Shown here in pieces: positions 48,136-56,899 of a stretch of DNA of 59,193 nucleotides. Source of the DNA: Clostridiales bacterium (lineage in GTDB: Bacteria > Bacillota > Clostridia > Ch29); NCBI GenBank assembly GCA_012523075.1, contig JAAYJF010000061.1, positions 1 to 59,193 on the forward strand, read 5' to 3'. Position numbers and translations under genes: made by a program. The first letter of the stretch is position 1, and every line of letters begins with the position of its first letter. The notes beneath the pieces were generated by a model, which saw only the letters and a list, made by a program, of their open reading frames with translations, had not been told where the DNA came from and did not search any database.

Positions 48136-49437
48136 CTATTGTGGTGACACTACCGACAGGGATGAAGCCCAGGGTTTTATATGTTCCTCAAATCTTCTCT
48201 TTACCGCTTCCAAATCAGTTTGTTCGAGGACCTCAATGAAATCCAGGAAGTTTGCACCCTTGAAATGATAGGCGATGAAATTAGCGGCTATGTATTCCAA
48301 CCTGTCAAAGTTCCTTAGGTACCTGCCCAGTAGTTTGTTCCTTGCCAGGCGGAAGTCCTCTTCCCGCAGGTCCTCTGTCTTCATTTCCGCCATGGCCTTC
48401 TCTATAATACTATACAGTTTGTCGGGGTCGGGGGATTCCCCTCCCAACATGGAATAACTATAGTCCACTTCGGCCACAAAGTCAAAACCAAAGCTGTCAT
48501 CAATAAGGCCTTCGCTGTACAGCCTCTGGTACAAAGCAGAACTCTTGCCAAACAGCATTTCCAGCAGGACCGACGTGACGGTATCTTTGCTCAGAAGTTC
48601 CTTACCGCCAAAGCCTACCTTGGAATCCTTTACCCCTATATTGAAAATGGGCTGGGATACAGCCAGTACCTGTTCTATTCTTTCCGCGTGTATTCCGTCC
48701 GGCTCCTTGGGATAGTACCTTTTTATGTCCTCCTCCCTCTCGCTTAAGTTTCCCTTAATATTATTCACAACCAACTCCAGAGTATCGTTTATATCAATGT
48801 TACCCACCACAAACAACACCATATTGTCCGGATGATAAAAGTTGCTGTAGCACTTATACAAAACTTCCTTGTCGATTCCGGATATGCTTTCCACAGTCCC
48901 CGCAATGTCCACCCTAACCGGGTGCCTGTGATACAGACCTTGTAGCATATTAAAAAAGCTTTTCCATTCGCCGTTGTCATCATACATCCTGATCTCCTGC
49001 GAAATAATACCCTTTTCCTTTTCTACGTTTTCATCTGTAAAATGAGGACTCTGGACAAAATCCAGCAGTACCTCCAGGCATTGGTAAAAGTTTGTGGTGG
49101 AGGAGAAAAGATAGGCGGTGCTTGTAAAATTGGTATAGGCATTGGCGGAGGCGCCCAACCGCGAAAACCGGTCGAACACGTTCCCCTCCTCCTCCTCGAA
49201 CAGCTTGTGTTCAAGGAAATGGGCCACCCCTGCGGGGACCTCGGTTATACCGTCCTCGCCTGGGACGGAAAACCTCATATCCACCGATCCAAAGTTTGTG
49301 GCGAATATGGCGTATTGTTTTGAATACTCCTTCTTGGGAAGTATGAAAACCTCAAGCCCGCTGTCCAGTTTCGAATAATACAGCTTCTCCCTAACCCTAT
49401 CCATATTAATTTCCTTAACGGGTGCCATCATCTGCAT
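48136..49437 (-). CDS. ymfH: M16 family peptidase YmfH (HXXEH present)
   Basis: PAGVAHFLEHKLFE, NAYTNF, EKEKGII.QEI.MY. Confidence 0.88.
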   Translation of the reverse strand: MQMMAPVKEINMDRVREKLYYSKLDSGLEVFILPKKEYSKQYAIFATNFGSVDMRFSVPGEDGITEVPAGVAHFLEHKLFEEEEGNVFDRFSRLGASANAYTNFTSTAYLFSSTTNFYQCLEVLLDFVQSPHFTDENVEKEKGIISQEIRMYDDNGEWKSFFNMLQGLYHRHPVRVDIAGTVESISGIDKEVLYKCYSNFYHPDNMVLFVVGNIDINDTLELVVNNIKGNLSEREEDIKRYYPKEPDGIHAERIEQVLAVSQPIFNIGVKDSKVGFGGKELLSKDTVTSVLLEMLFGKSSALYQRLYSEGLIDDSFGFDFVAEVDYSYSMLGGESPDPDKLYSIIEKAMAEMKTEDLREEDFRLARNKLLGRYLRNFDRLEYIAANFIAYHFKGANFLDFIEVLEQTDLEAVKRRFEEHIKPWASSLSVVSPQ

Positions 49438-50723
49438 TCCCCCTCTCCGTCTTTCCTGTTATCGGTCAGAAAATACGTAACAGCGTGCTCTATTCCGTCC
49501 GCTACCGCCGCCACGTCTTCCCTAGTTACATCGCTTATCCTTTCCACCAGCACCTTCGGGGTCATTGTATGGCCGGATACAATTCTGTTTATCAGGAAGT
49601 CGGCAGTGTGCAGCTGGCTGTCCTGCATCGAATAAATATCATTTATAAGGGCCTTTTTCGCCGCCGTGAGCTCGGTGTCGCTTATGCTGCCCTTTTTCAT
49701 CTGCCCTAGTTGCTCATTTATTATTCCCACCGCTTTTCGGTAGTTAGCTATCTCTATACCGGCCCCAATAACCATAAGCCCTTTAAACTTTTCAAGCCGG
49801 GCAAAGGAATAGTACGCAAGGCTGGCTTTTTCCCTGACGTTGTTGAACAGCTTTGAGTGGGCCCCTCCCCCCAGAATGCTTGTATAAACAAGCATGGGTG
49901 CATATTGCTCATGGGTATAACCCACACCGGTAGTAAAGCCCATTGTCAGTTTTCCCTGGTTGACATTCATACGCTCCACCACTTCCGTTGGAGCACTATG
50001 CTGCGACGAAGAAAGTGCCTGACCCGGATACTTTATCTCCCGTCTTTCAAAGGCTGGGGGGTTGTCCAGAAAGTCATTAATATCTGCAATATCCACATCC
50101 CCTACCACAAATATATCCATAGGAGCCTCGGCCAGAACAGTCCTGTAATATTCCGCCAATCCCTCGGGTGTTATGCCCTGCAGTTCTTCGCTGTCCCCGT
50201 ACCGGTATCTGCCAAAGGGTTGCCCCTTTGCCGTTTCCTCATAACACCGGTCTATGGAGTACTGTATCTTATCGTTAATTCTGGCGTTTATAAGTTTACC
50301 GAGGTTGTCCCTCTCCTGTACGAAGTATTCCCTGCGGAAACCTCCCTCTTCAATGAGAGGCCTTTCTACCAGCCCTGTCAGAAAACTCAGTATTTCGGAT
50401 ACAACACCTTCCCCCTTGATTGTATACTTGTCGCTTATTACGCTACTGCCAAGATATATAAGCTGCATATCCCCTTTTTTTAACACGTCCACGTTAAGAG
50501 AGGCCCCGTATCGCTGGCCTAAAAATTTTTCTATGGCTTTGGTATCCTTCAGGTCCTCATTCCCCCGCTTTAATATTTGAGGCAGCAGTGCGTTACCGGT
50601 GGTGTTTTCATCAAAAGACCTGTACATTACAAGGCTGGCCGAAACAGTCTTAAACTTCGGCTCCCTTATAAGGTATAAATTAATGCCATCTCCCAGCTTC
50701 TGCTGGTAGTATACCCCTTCCAT
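49428..50723 (-). CDS. ymfF: M16 family non-catalytic partner YmfF
   Basis: KFKT, YGA, QGKL.MG, GGGAHSKLFNNVREKASLAYY; no HXXEH. Confidence 0.88.
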   Translation of the reverse strand: MEGVYYQQKLGDGINLYLIREPKFKTVSASLVMYRSFDENTTGNALLPQILKRGNEDLKDTKAIEKFLGQRYGASLNVDVLKKGDMQLIYLGSSVISDKYTIKGEGVVSEILSFLTGLVERPLIEEGGFRREYFVQERDNLGKLINARINDKIQYSIDRCYEETAKGQPFGRYRYGDSEELQGITPEGLAEYYRTVLAEAPMDIFVVGDVDIADINDFLDNPPAFERREIKYPGQALSSSQHSAPTEVVERMNVNQGKLTMGFTTGVGYTHEQYAPMLVYTSILGGGAHSKLFNNVREKASLAYYSFARLEKFKGLMVIGAGIEIANYRKAVGIINEQLGQMKKGSISDTELTAAKKALINDIYSMQDSQLHTADFLINRIVSGHTMTPKVLVERISDVTREDVAAVADGIEHAVTYFLTDNRKDGEGECR

Positions 50724-50741
50724 CCATTGCCCTCCTTAGTC

Positions 50742-50853
50742 TGTGATGTGAGAGGTGTGAGGTGCGAAGCGGGTTTAAATGTTGCTCTTGAGTACTGTTT
50801 AAACTCCCACATCCCATTTCCCACATCCCACTTCCCACATCCCACTTCCCATA
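50742..50853. repeat. Hairpin with heptamer-repeat arms
   Basis: Left arm TGTGATG TGAGAGG TGTGAGG TGCGAAG CGGGTTTAAA; right arm TTTAAACTCC then CACATCC CATTTCC CACATCC CACTTCC CACATCC CACTTCC. Confidence 0.75.
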
Positions 50854-50956
50854 TTACTGTCCCCGATTGATTAAATCTCTGAGTTCTTATCTATAATATT
50901 ATTAAGAGATTACTTAATATTTATCCACGCAACTGGAAAATCCTCCTTAACTATAA

Positions 50957-50981
50957 ATAAAAGCGGGAAGATACCCGCTTT
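50957..50981 (-). terminator. Terminator of the chelatase-like gene
   Basis: AAAGCGGG-AAGATA-CCCGCTTT. Confidence 0.65.
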
Positions 50982-52185
50982 AAAGAACATCAACCGTATC
51001 CAGCCTCTCCATAAGCGCCTTTACAAGAAGGTCACTGTCCCCCCAGGGACCTATAATCACCGTATCTACATTCTCCGGAATATCTATTTTATCCAGAAGC
51101 CGGGGTAGAAGCCATTCGGTATCTAACCCTGGGTTCTCGAAGCCCGCCGCTACTATAACCAGTTTGCTTATTCCGGAATCCAGCAGATATTCCACCGCAT
51201 CTCCTATACCCGGCTGCCTATGCCTTAAGTAGGCAATCCTTATTTTTCTGCTCTCGTACCCATTCTTCATGATGCTTTCCTTTATTTTATCATAGAACAC
51301 CTGCTCACGGTTAACGGCCTGGGGATACTCATGCCGAACCCTTTTGCCGGTCCCCCTGGCCACCAGTACCACGCCCACCTGCTCCGGGCTTATCTCCTGG
51401 GTTTTTTCCAGAATGCCCTGCTCATAATAGGATACAAGCGCGTCATGATTCCATAGGGGAAAGGTAAAAAGTACCTCGGCGTCCATTCCACTGTTTTCTA
51501 TTACCTTGAGGATTTTTTTATCCACCACTTCCTTATAGGGTTGCTCCACCAGCAAGTTGTTTAAAACAACTATTTTGTTGTATCCGTCCTTTAAAATATC
51601 CTCCACCGTCGTTTCAATAAAGGGAGGCCCAAACAGGTTGGCACTGTACAGCCCGAAGTCTTCCCCAAGGGCCTCGCTCAGCTTGTTGTACAAATTCTCA
51701 CCGGTTCGTATGCATACGTTCCCGTCCATTCTTTTGATGTTCCTCTTCAATTGAAGAGCCTTAACCGGCATGTTCCACCACCTTACACCTCCAGCCCCGG
51801 CCTCTCTTTTTATATCCAGTCGGTACAAAGCGTTTTTGTAATGGTATTCGGTGATTTCCCCGGGGGAAAGGAGCAATATGGCCATTTCCTGTTTTCTGTC
51901 CGATGGGCTTATCTCCTCAATATCAATCCTGCCCGGGAAGGCGCTGACAAACACGCAGTAAAGAAGATACCCCAAAATCGCTGCCCCGGCGAAAATAAGC
52001 ACCACCCTCGTTTTTTTTCTGTGTTTTATAGTCAAAAGCACAAAAATAAAAAAGCATATACATAAAAGGGCAATTGTTATTATATGCCATATGCCGTGAA
52101 GCATCATAGCCGCTGCGACAATAATGCCGGTTAAGAATCCAATAAGTATCAGCGACAGGTATTCAAAACGCAACCAGATTTTCAC
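50980..52185 (-). CDS. Membrane-anchored class II chelatase-like (HemH/CbiX fold) protein
   Basis: Three N-terminal TM segments, then AILLLSPGE, PFIETTVEDILKDGYNKIVVL, GVVLVARG and IAYL...PGIGDAVEYL..SGISKLVIV (duplicated CbiX-like halves). Confidence 0.6.
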   Translation of the reverse strand: MKIWLRFEYLSLILIGFLTGIIVAAAMMLHGIWHIITIALLCICFFIFVLLTIKHRKKTRVVLIFAGAAILGYLLYCVFVSAFPGRIDIEEISPSDRKQEMAILLLSPGEITEYHYKNALYRLDIKREAGAGGVRWWNMPVKALQLKRNIKRMDGNVCIRTGENLYNKLSEALGEDFGLYSANLFGPPFIETTVEDILKDGYNKIVVLNNLLVEQPYKEVVDKKILKVIENSGMDAEVLFTFPLWNHDALVSYYEQGILEKTQEISPEQVGVVLVARGTGKRVRHEYPQAVNREQVFYDKIKESIMKNGYESRKIRIAYLRHRQPGIGDAVEYLLDSGISKLVIVAAGFENPGLDTEWLLPRLLDKIDIPENVDTVIIGPWGDSDLLVKALMERLDTVDVL

Positions 52186-52237
52186 AAAACTCCCTCCTTC
52201 CTACTAATCTTTATGCATGCGCGTCCCGATAAATAAC

Positions 52238-52271
52238 AAAAAAATAAAGGCCCAGGATAAACCCGGACCTT
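52238..52271 (-). terminator. Terminator of pduL
   Basis: Minus strand AAGGTCCGGG-TTTAT-CCTGGGCCTT followed by a T-rich tail. Confidence 0.7.
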
Positions 52272-52304
52272 AGAAATTATTATTTCTTTTATTTAGCGAA
52301 AAAA

Positions 52305-52883
52305 TTAGTCGGTAATCACTTCCACCATGGCCCCATTGCCAATACCAGCCGCATTCCCTTCCTCTATGTCTATGTGCATATCCAATGCAAAAGTGGGGGA
52401 CACCCTGATTAGTACATTTTCAAATACCAGACCCCTCATGCCTTCCACCCTAACCTTGACCCTCTGGAAGTCCTCAACACCAAAGGCCTTTGCATCATCA
52501 GGATGCATATGAATGTGTCTTGCCGCCACTATAACGCCGTATTCCAGGTCAACCTCCCCCTTTGGTCCGACAAGCTTAACGCCGGGAGTGCCTTCGATAT
52601 CTCCGGAATCCCTCACCGGAACCTTCAGTCCCAATTTATAGGCGTCCGACACCGATATTTCAATTTGTGTCTCCTTCCTTACGGGACCTAAAATCCTCAC
52701 ACCCTTAAGCGTTCCTTTTGGCCCAACTATGTCCACCTTTTCTTCACAAGCGTATTGCCCAGGCTGGGACAGGACCTTGAATTCGGTCAGTTCATGGCCA
52801 GCGCCAAAAAGCTTGTCAAGATGTTCCTGCGTTACGTGCAAATGCCTATTGGACAGTCCAACGGGTACTTTTTTGCCGCTCAT
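52305..52883 (-). CDS. pduL: Phosphate propanoyltransferase / PduL-type phosphotransacylase
   Basis: VPVGLSNRHLH, LSQPGQYA, VRILGP.R, ARHIHM, MHIDIEEGNA. Confidence 0.93.
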   Translation of the reverse strand: MSGKKVPVGLSNRHLHVTQEHLDKLFGAGHELTEFKVLSQPGQYACEEKVDIVGPKGTLKGVRILGPVRKETQIEISVSDAYKLGLKVPVRDSGDIEGTPGVKLVGPKGEVDLEYGVIVAARHIHMHPDDAKAFGVEDFQRVKVRVEGMRGLVFENVLIRVSPTFALDMHIDIEEGNAAGIGNGAMVEVITD

Positions 52884-53039
52884 GTAAACTCCTCCTTACT
52901 CCTTCGTTATTATTGGTTAACAATCCTTATAGCTGCGGATTGAACTATACACTTTATTTTACCAGATTGCCCGATGCATTGCCAACTACCTTGTCCCTAT
53001 ATATTTATTATCCACCTAAGCAAAGTAAATCCTGTATTT

Positions 53040-53068
53040 AAAAAACAGGGGCCAAAACGTCCCTGTTT
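53040..53068 (-). terminator. Terminator of the DUF1858-like gene
   Basis: Minus strand AAACAGGGAC-GTTTTG-GCCCCTGTTT followed by further Ts. Confidence 0.7.
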
Positions 53069-53258
53069 AAGAATACATCTTATTTAATTCTTCCACTATT
53101 ACATCGGCTTCTACGCCATAGGTTTGAGCTGCCCGCTCAATGCTCTTGTACAGAGCCCCGCCTCACCCAAAACATCGAATTCCGTACTTGTCAAATACTT
53201 CCTCGGCGTCGGGATGCTGTTTTAGTATATCCTTAATCTTGCTTTCTTTGCTATACAA
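53067..53258 (-). CDS. Probable selenoprotein: DUF1858-like redox domain with CxxU motif (63 aa)
   Basis: GGAGGTG RBS and TTG start; MYSKESKIKDILKQHPDAEEVFDKYGIRCFG-U-GGALYKSIERAAQTYGVEADVIVEELNKMYS*. The TGA at 53165-53163 aligns with the second Cys of the family CxGC; two hairpins follow it. Confidence 0.8.
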
Positions 53259-53341
53259 ATATAACACCTCCAGATAATCCTGCTCCTATTATTATACTAC
53301 GGATTATTCGCTATGGATATACTTACTGCCGTTTTTCGGTC

Positions 53342-53938
53342 CTAACGACAGTAAAAGTCGTGGTTACCTATGGTTGTCACATAGTTTAGTTCCTCCTTGA
53401 ACCATTTGGTCGCCCTGCTGCCGGCAAGGCTCTCATATATAAAGAATTGTGCATTACCAACAGTTTGTCCATTTTCGCCGATAGGTCTTACACCCTTAAG
53501 GGCTTCCCTGGCAGCCCTATATGACTGCTCTGAGGGTTCCTTACTATCCCATCCGCCATCGGTTATCGGCTGGAACTGACCTTTTTGGAATATTACCCCC
53601 TTTATGGTATTTGGGAATCTTTCGCTCATGGCCCTGTTTAATACAACAGCACCCACTGCTACCTTGCCATCATAGGGCTCATAACGGGCCTCGCATTCAA
53701 TTATTTTAGCCAGCAGATAGAGGTCCTCTGCATTTGTACCGATATTCCCCCTGCTTACCGTGGTTTTGGGGGCTGCTACGGCAGGCATCATTCGCTGTTC
53801 CTGCAAAAGGGCTACCGCCGGCGCATCCAGGTAGGCATCCTCTACCGTTTCAGTACACTCCTTACCCCCTGTGAACAGTATCGTAATATTAAGCAAAACC
53901 ACAGCCCATAATACTGTTCTTCGTATTTCTATCATCAC
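53342..53938 (-). CDS. Cell wall hydrolase (Hydrolase_2 / SleB-like lytic transglycosylase)
   Basis: Signal peptide, LLAKIIECEARYEPYDGKVAVGAVVLNR, FPNTIKGVIFQKGQF, IGNHDF. Confidence 0.9.
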   Translation of the reverse strand: MMIEIRRTVLWAVVLLNITILFTGGKECTETVEDAYLDAPAVALLQEQRMMPAVAAPKTTVSRGNIGTNAEDLYLLAKIIECEARYEPYDGKVAVGAVVLNRAMSERFPNTIKGVIFQKGQFQPITDGGWDSKEPSEQSYRAAREALKGVRPIGENGQTVGNAQFFIYESLAGSRATKWFKEELNYVTTIGNHDFYCR

Positions 53939-53981
53939 TTCTTCCCCCTAATACTGGTAGCTTTATCCAACACAAGTTAGA

Positions 53982-54010
53982 ACTATACCAGATTTTAGTA
54001 TTAATTGCAA
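53982..54010 (-). promoter_or_regulatory. Putative sigmaA promoter of the cell wall hydrolase
   Basis: TTGCAA-17 nt-TATAGT with an extended TG. Confidence 0.6.
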
Positions 54011-54052
54011 CCTCTTATCTTTATATCCACTTTTCATAAGAAATATAACCAT

Positions 54053-54084
54053 AAAAAAAGACCGCCCTGTCGCGGTCAAAAAAA
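54053..54084. terminator. Terminator downstream of PNP
   Basis: GACCGC-CCTGTC-GCGGTC flanked by A runs. Confidence 0.65.
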
Positions 54085-54124
54085 TGGGGAAATTCCGTAT
54101 TAGTTTTGATATTTTAGTTCCCCT

Positions 54125-54308
54125 AAATATCACACATTTAACACTTTACATCTCCTAGTATGTCATCCCCAGCAAAGCGAAGGATCTTCAGGTTGTTGAA
54201 ACATAAGATTCTTCACTGCGTTCTTAAGCGGCAAAGCCGGATCCTTCGGACTTCGTCCTCTTAAATGACAAAGTCAGCTCCTTTGGGCTTCGCTTCTTCG
54301 TAATGTCA
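54125..54308 (-). repeat. Composite REP-like element, copy 3 (inverted relative to copies 1 and 2)
   Basis: The reverse complement of 54206-54270 (TGTCATTTAAGAGGACGAAGTCCGAAGGATCCGGCTTTGCCGCTTAAGAACGCAGTGAAGAATCT) closely matches 25533-25596. The opposing unit is at 54161-54187, followed by the tail TACTAGGAGATGTAAAG. Confidence 0.85.
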
Positions 54309-54328
54309 GGTAAAGGAATGTGATACTA

Positions 54329-55141
54329 TTAATGCATTATATATAGTATCTCCTTTAGCAGCCTTATAAACTTCTCCTGTGCCTTTTTACCCACTTCCAG
54401 TACTTCCCGGTGGTTGGGCGCATGGTCCAGCACGCCAGCTGCCATGTTGGTTATGCAGGAGATGCCCAGCACCTTCATGCCACAGTGGACCGCAGTGATA
54501 ACCTCCGGCACCGTGGACATGCCCACCGCGTCTCCTCCTATGGTACCAAGCATCCTTATCTCTGCAGGGGTTTCGTAGCTGGGGCCGGTGACACCGCAAT
54601 AAACTCCCTGCCTTAATTCAATCTCTAGCTCTTTGGCACAGGCTACAGCAGTTTTTATCAAATCCCTGTCATAGGCATTTGTCATGCCGGGGAATCGCTC
54701 GCCCATCTCGTCCACGTTTGCTCCTATAAGCGGGTTATACCCCATAAGATTAATGTGGTCGGTTATTATCATCAGGTCACCGGGTTTAAAGCCCCTGTTT
54801 ATACCCCCGGCAGCGTTGGTGACAATCAACCGTTCCACTCCCAGTAGCCTCATAACCCGTACCGGGAATACCACCTGCTCCATTGGATAGCCTTCGTAAT
54901 AATGGAACCTCCCCTGCATTGCAATAACCCTCTGTCCCATCAGTTCCCCTGCCACCAGACGTCCTGCATGACCCTCCACCGTCGACATCGGGAACCCCGG
55001 GATTTCCGAATAATCAATCACCTTTTTGCCTTCTATGTACTCTGCCATCTGCCCCAGCCCCGAGCCCAATATCAAGCCAACGGCGGGCCGGGTATCAAGC
55101 CTTTCCTCTATGAACTCCGCTGCCTTCCTATATTTCTCCAT
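54329..55141 (-). CDS. punA: Purine-nucleoside phosphorylase (trimeric PunA/XapA type)
   Basis: LILGSGLG, STVEGHAG, QGRFHYYEG, TNAAGG, GPSYETPAE, VGMSTVPE. Start ATG 55141. Confidence 0.94.
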   Translation of the reverse strand: MEKYRKAAEFIEERLDTRPAVGLILGSGLGQMAEYIEGKKVIDYSEIPGFPMSTVEGHAGRLVAGELMGQRVIAMQGRFHYYEGYPMEQVVFPVRVMRLLGVERLIVTNAAGGINRGFKPGDLMIITDHINLMGYNPLIGANVDEMGERFPGMTNAYDRDLIKTAVACAKELEIELRQGVYCGVTGPSYETPAEIRMLGTIGGDAVGMSTVPEVITAVHCGMKVLGISCITNMAAGVLDHAPNHREVLEVGKKAQEKFIRLLKEILYIMH

Positions 55142-55193
55142 TCTATTCCGCCCCTCCCGATTGATATTCCACATTTAGTATACCATTATTGTG

Positions 55194-55225
55194 AAAAAAA
55201 AGAAAAACCTGCACTATTGTGCAGG
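55194..55225 (-). terminator. Terminator of the M23 peptidase gene
   Basis: CCTGCAC-AATA-GTGCAGG followed by T runs on the minus strand. Confidence 0.75.
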
Positions 55226-56353
55226 CTATATCCCAAGCCATGGCCTAGGGTTTACTACCTCTCCGTTTTTTCTTACTTCAAAGTGCAGGTGCGGCCCGGT
55301 GGATACGCCGGTACTTCCTGCCAGGGCTATGGTGGTCCCCGCGGTAACTACTGTCCCCACCTTCACATTCAGGCTGGAGTTATGTGCATAAAGGGTTGTT
55401 ATACCCCCACCGTGGTCTATTATTACCGTCTTCCCGTACCCTCCGTAGGTATTGGCATATATTACCTTGCCGGCACCGGCCGCTACTATCTTTTTACCCC
55501 AGGGAACCCTTATATCTATGCCGGCGTGGTATTTTCTTGTTTTATATATGGGGTGCACGCGCCATCCATAGTCCGAAGTAATATAGTTATATCCGGGTGC
55601 AGGCCATACAAATTTCCCGCCTATAAACTCTCCTTTTTGAGCCAGGCTTAGAATGGTCTGCGTAATCTGCTTAGAGGTCCTCTCCAGTTCCGCCAGCATC
55701 TTATCCAGTTCCTTCTCCTCGTTTCTGACTTTGGCAAGAGCGTTATTCCTGCTGGCGGTGACGGTCTTTATCTCGTCTCTCTTATTACGAAGGTCGTTTC
55801 GCAGCGACAGCATCCTTACTTCCTTTTCCTTAACCTCGTCTTCCTTTGCCTGTACCAAATCCCGGTATTCCTTCAGTTCTTCAAGTATTGAAATATCATA
55901 GGCTGCCACCTTGCGCACCAGATAAAAACGCGAAACGAAATCCGAGAAGTTCTCTGCATTTAGCAGCACTTCCAGGTAGCCATAGCCGCTGTTTTTGTAC
56001 ATAGCCCTAAGCCGTTGTTTATATAGGTCGTCCCTCTTTTCCAGCTCCTTCTGGGCCTCTTCCAGCTCTTTGGTAACCCTTTCCAGTTCTTTTCTGGTAG
56101 CTTCAATGTCCCTTTCCACCTGGCCCAGCTGGTTTTCCGCCTCATTTAACTGGTTGTTGAGCCGTTCCAGTTCTTTTATAAGGTTATTTTTCTGCTGCTG
56201 GACTTCCTTAAGCTGGCTTTCTCTTCTCTGCTGTTCCTGTTGAACCTGCTCGAGTTTTTTTTGTTCCTCGGCAAGGTTTGCATAAGCCGCGGTGCTATGT
56301 AACAAAACTATGGATACTGCGATTATTAGAGACATTAACCTGGATTTCCTCAC
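55226..56353 (-). CDS. Coiled-coil M23 peptidase (EnvC/CwlO-like murein hydrolase)
   Basis: Signal peptide, long coiled coil, HAGID, YAH, STGPHLHFEV (Zn ligands intact). Confidence 0.92.
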   Translation of the reverse strand: MRKSRLMSLIIAVSIVLLHSTAAYANLAEEQKKLEQVQQEQQRRESQLKEVQQQKNNLIKELERLNNQLNEAENQLGQVERDIEATRKELERVTKELEEAQKELEKRDDLYKQRLRAMYKNSGYGYLEVLLNAENFSDFVSRFYLVRKVAAYDISILEELKEYRDLVQAKEDEVKEKEVRMLSLRNDLRNKRDEIKTVTASRNNALAKVRNEEKELDKMLAELERTSKQITQTILSLAQKGEFIGGKFVWPAPGYNYITSDYGWRVHPIYKTRKYHAGIDIRVPWGKKIVAAGAGKVIYANTYGGYGKTVIIDHGGGITTLYAHNSSLNVKVGTVVTAGTTIALAGSTGVSTGPHLHFEVRKNGEVVNPRPWLGI

Positions 56354-56470
56354 GCCAAGCCCCCCTGATAACACTATTCTGTGTCTATTTTATAACAAAA
56401 GGGGCTGTTTTGTCATACAATTTGTTGAAAATTTAATATAATTGTAATATTTCGTTATTTTTACATGCAA

Positions 56471-56899
56471 TTATATATCCCACAGCGCAAGCCCAGTGGT
56501 CTTATCGAATTCCCTTTCCAAGTTCTCCCCCTCAAGTTCCTCTATAATGAATTCCGCAGCAAATACAATGGTCCCCTCCATAAGGTGGCCCCCAAAGCTC
56601 TGGCCCTTTTCATCACTCAGCGTTATATGGGCGTGGATAAAGGGTTGTCCGTCCTTCAACGAAACGTTTCCTACAAGGCTTAACACCTCCATAGGTTTTT
56701 CGAATACAAAGTTTTCATACTTTTGGGCCTCGCAGTCATAGAAACCTGCCACCGCCCTCTGTACCGCACCAATCATCTGCAACCTGCCTAGTTTTATCCC
56801 CTTTTCTTTAACAAAGTCAGTCAGGGAATTAAGCAGGTCAGACCCGTGGGGAATCCTGCCCACAAATGTCCTTTTTCGAGTGTACTCCTTTGCTGCCAT
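56471..56899 (-). CDS. PPC domain (DUF296) protein
   Basis: EVLSLVGNVS..DG.PFIHAHITL......FGGHL. Confidence 0.9.
   Translation of the reverse strand: MAAKEYTRKRTFVGRIPHGSDLLNSLTDFVKEKGIKLGRLQMIGAVQRAVAGFYDCEAQKYENFVFEKPMEVLSLVGNVSLKDGQPFIHAHITLSDEKGQSFGGHLMEGTIVFAAEFIIEELEGENLEREFDKTTGLALWDI

Noticed and set aside
50922-50930. DnaA-box-like TTATCCAC sequence, with similar TATCCAC at about 53009 and 54024
   Set aside because: Isolated, mismatched and unclustered; nothing suggests an origin.
53067-53258. Reading the DUF1858-like gene as a nonsense pseudogene
   Set aside because: Disfavoured but not excluded: the only lesion is a TGA exactly at a conserved Cys, while the RBS, downstream frame and terminator are intact and hairpins follow the UGA.
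53939-54125. Possible c-di-AMP (ydaO) riboswitch upstream of the cell wall hydrolase
   Set aside because: The sigmaA-like promoter is only about 45 nt from the start codon and no ydaO motifs are visible.
56442-56465. TGTAA...TTACA inverted motif upstream of the M23 peptidase (possible WalR-like operator)
   Set aside because: Short arms in AT-rich DNA and a poor match to the WalR direct repeat; insufficient support.
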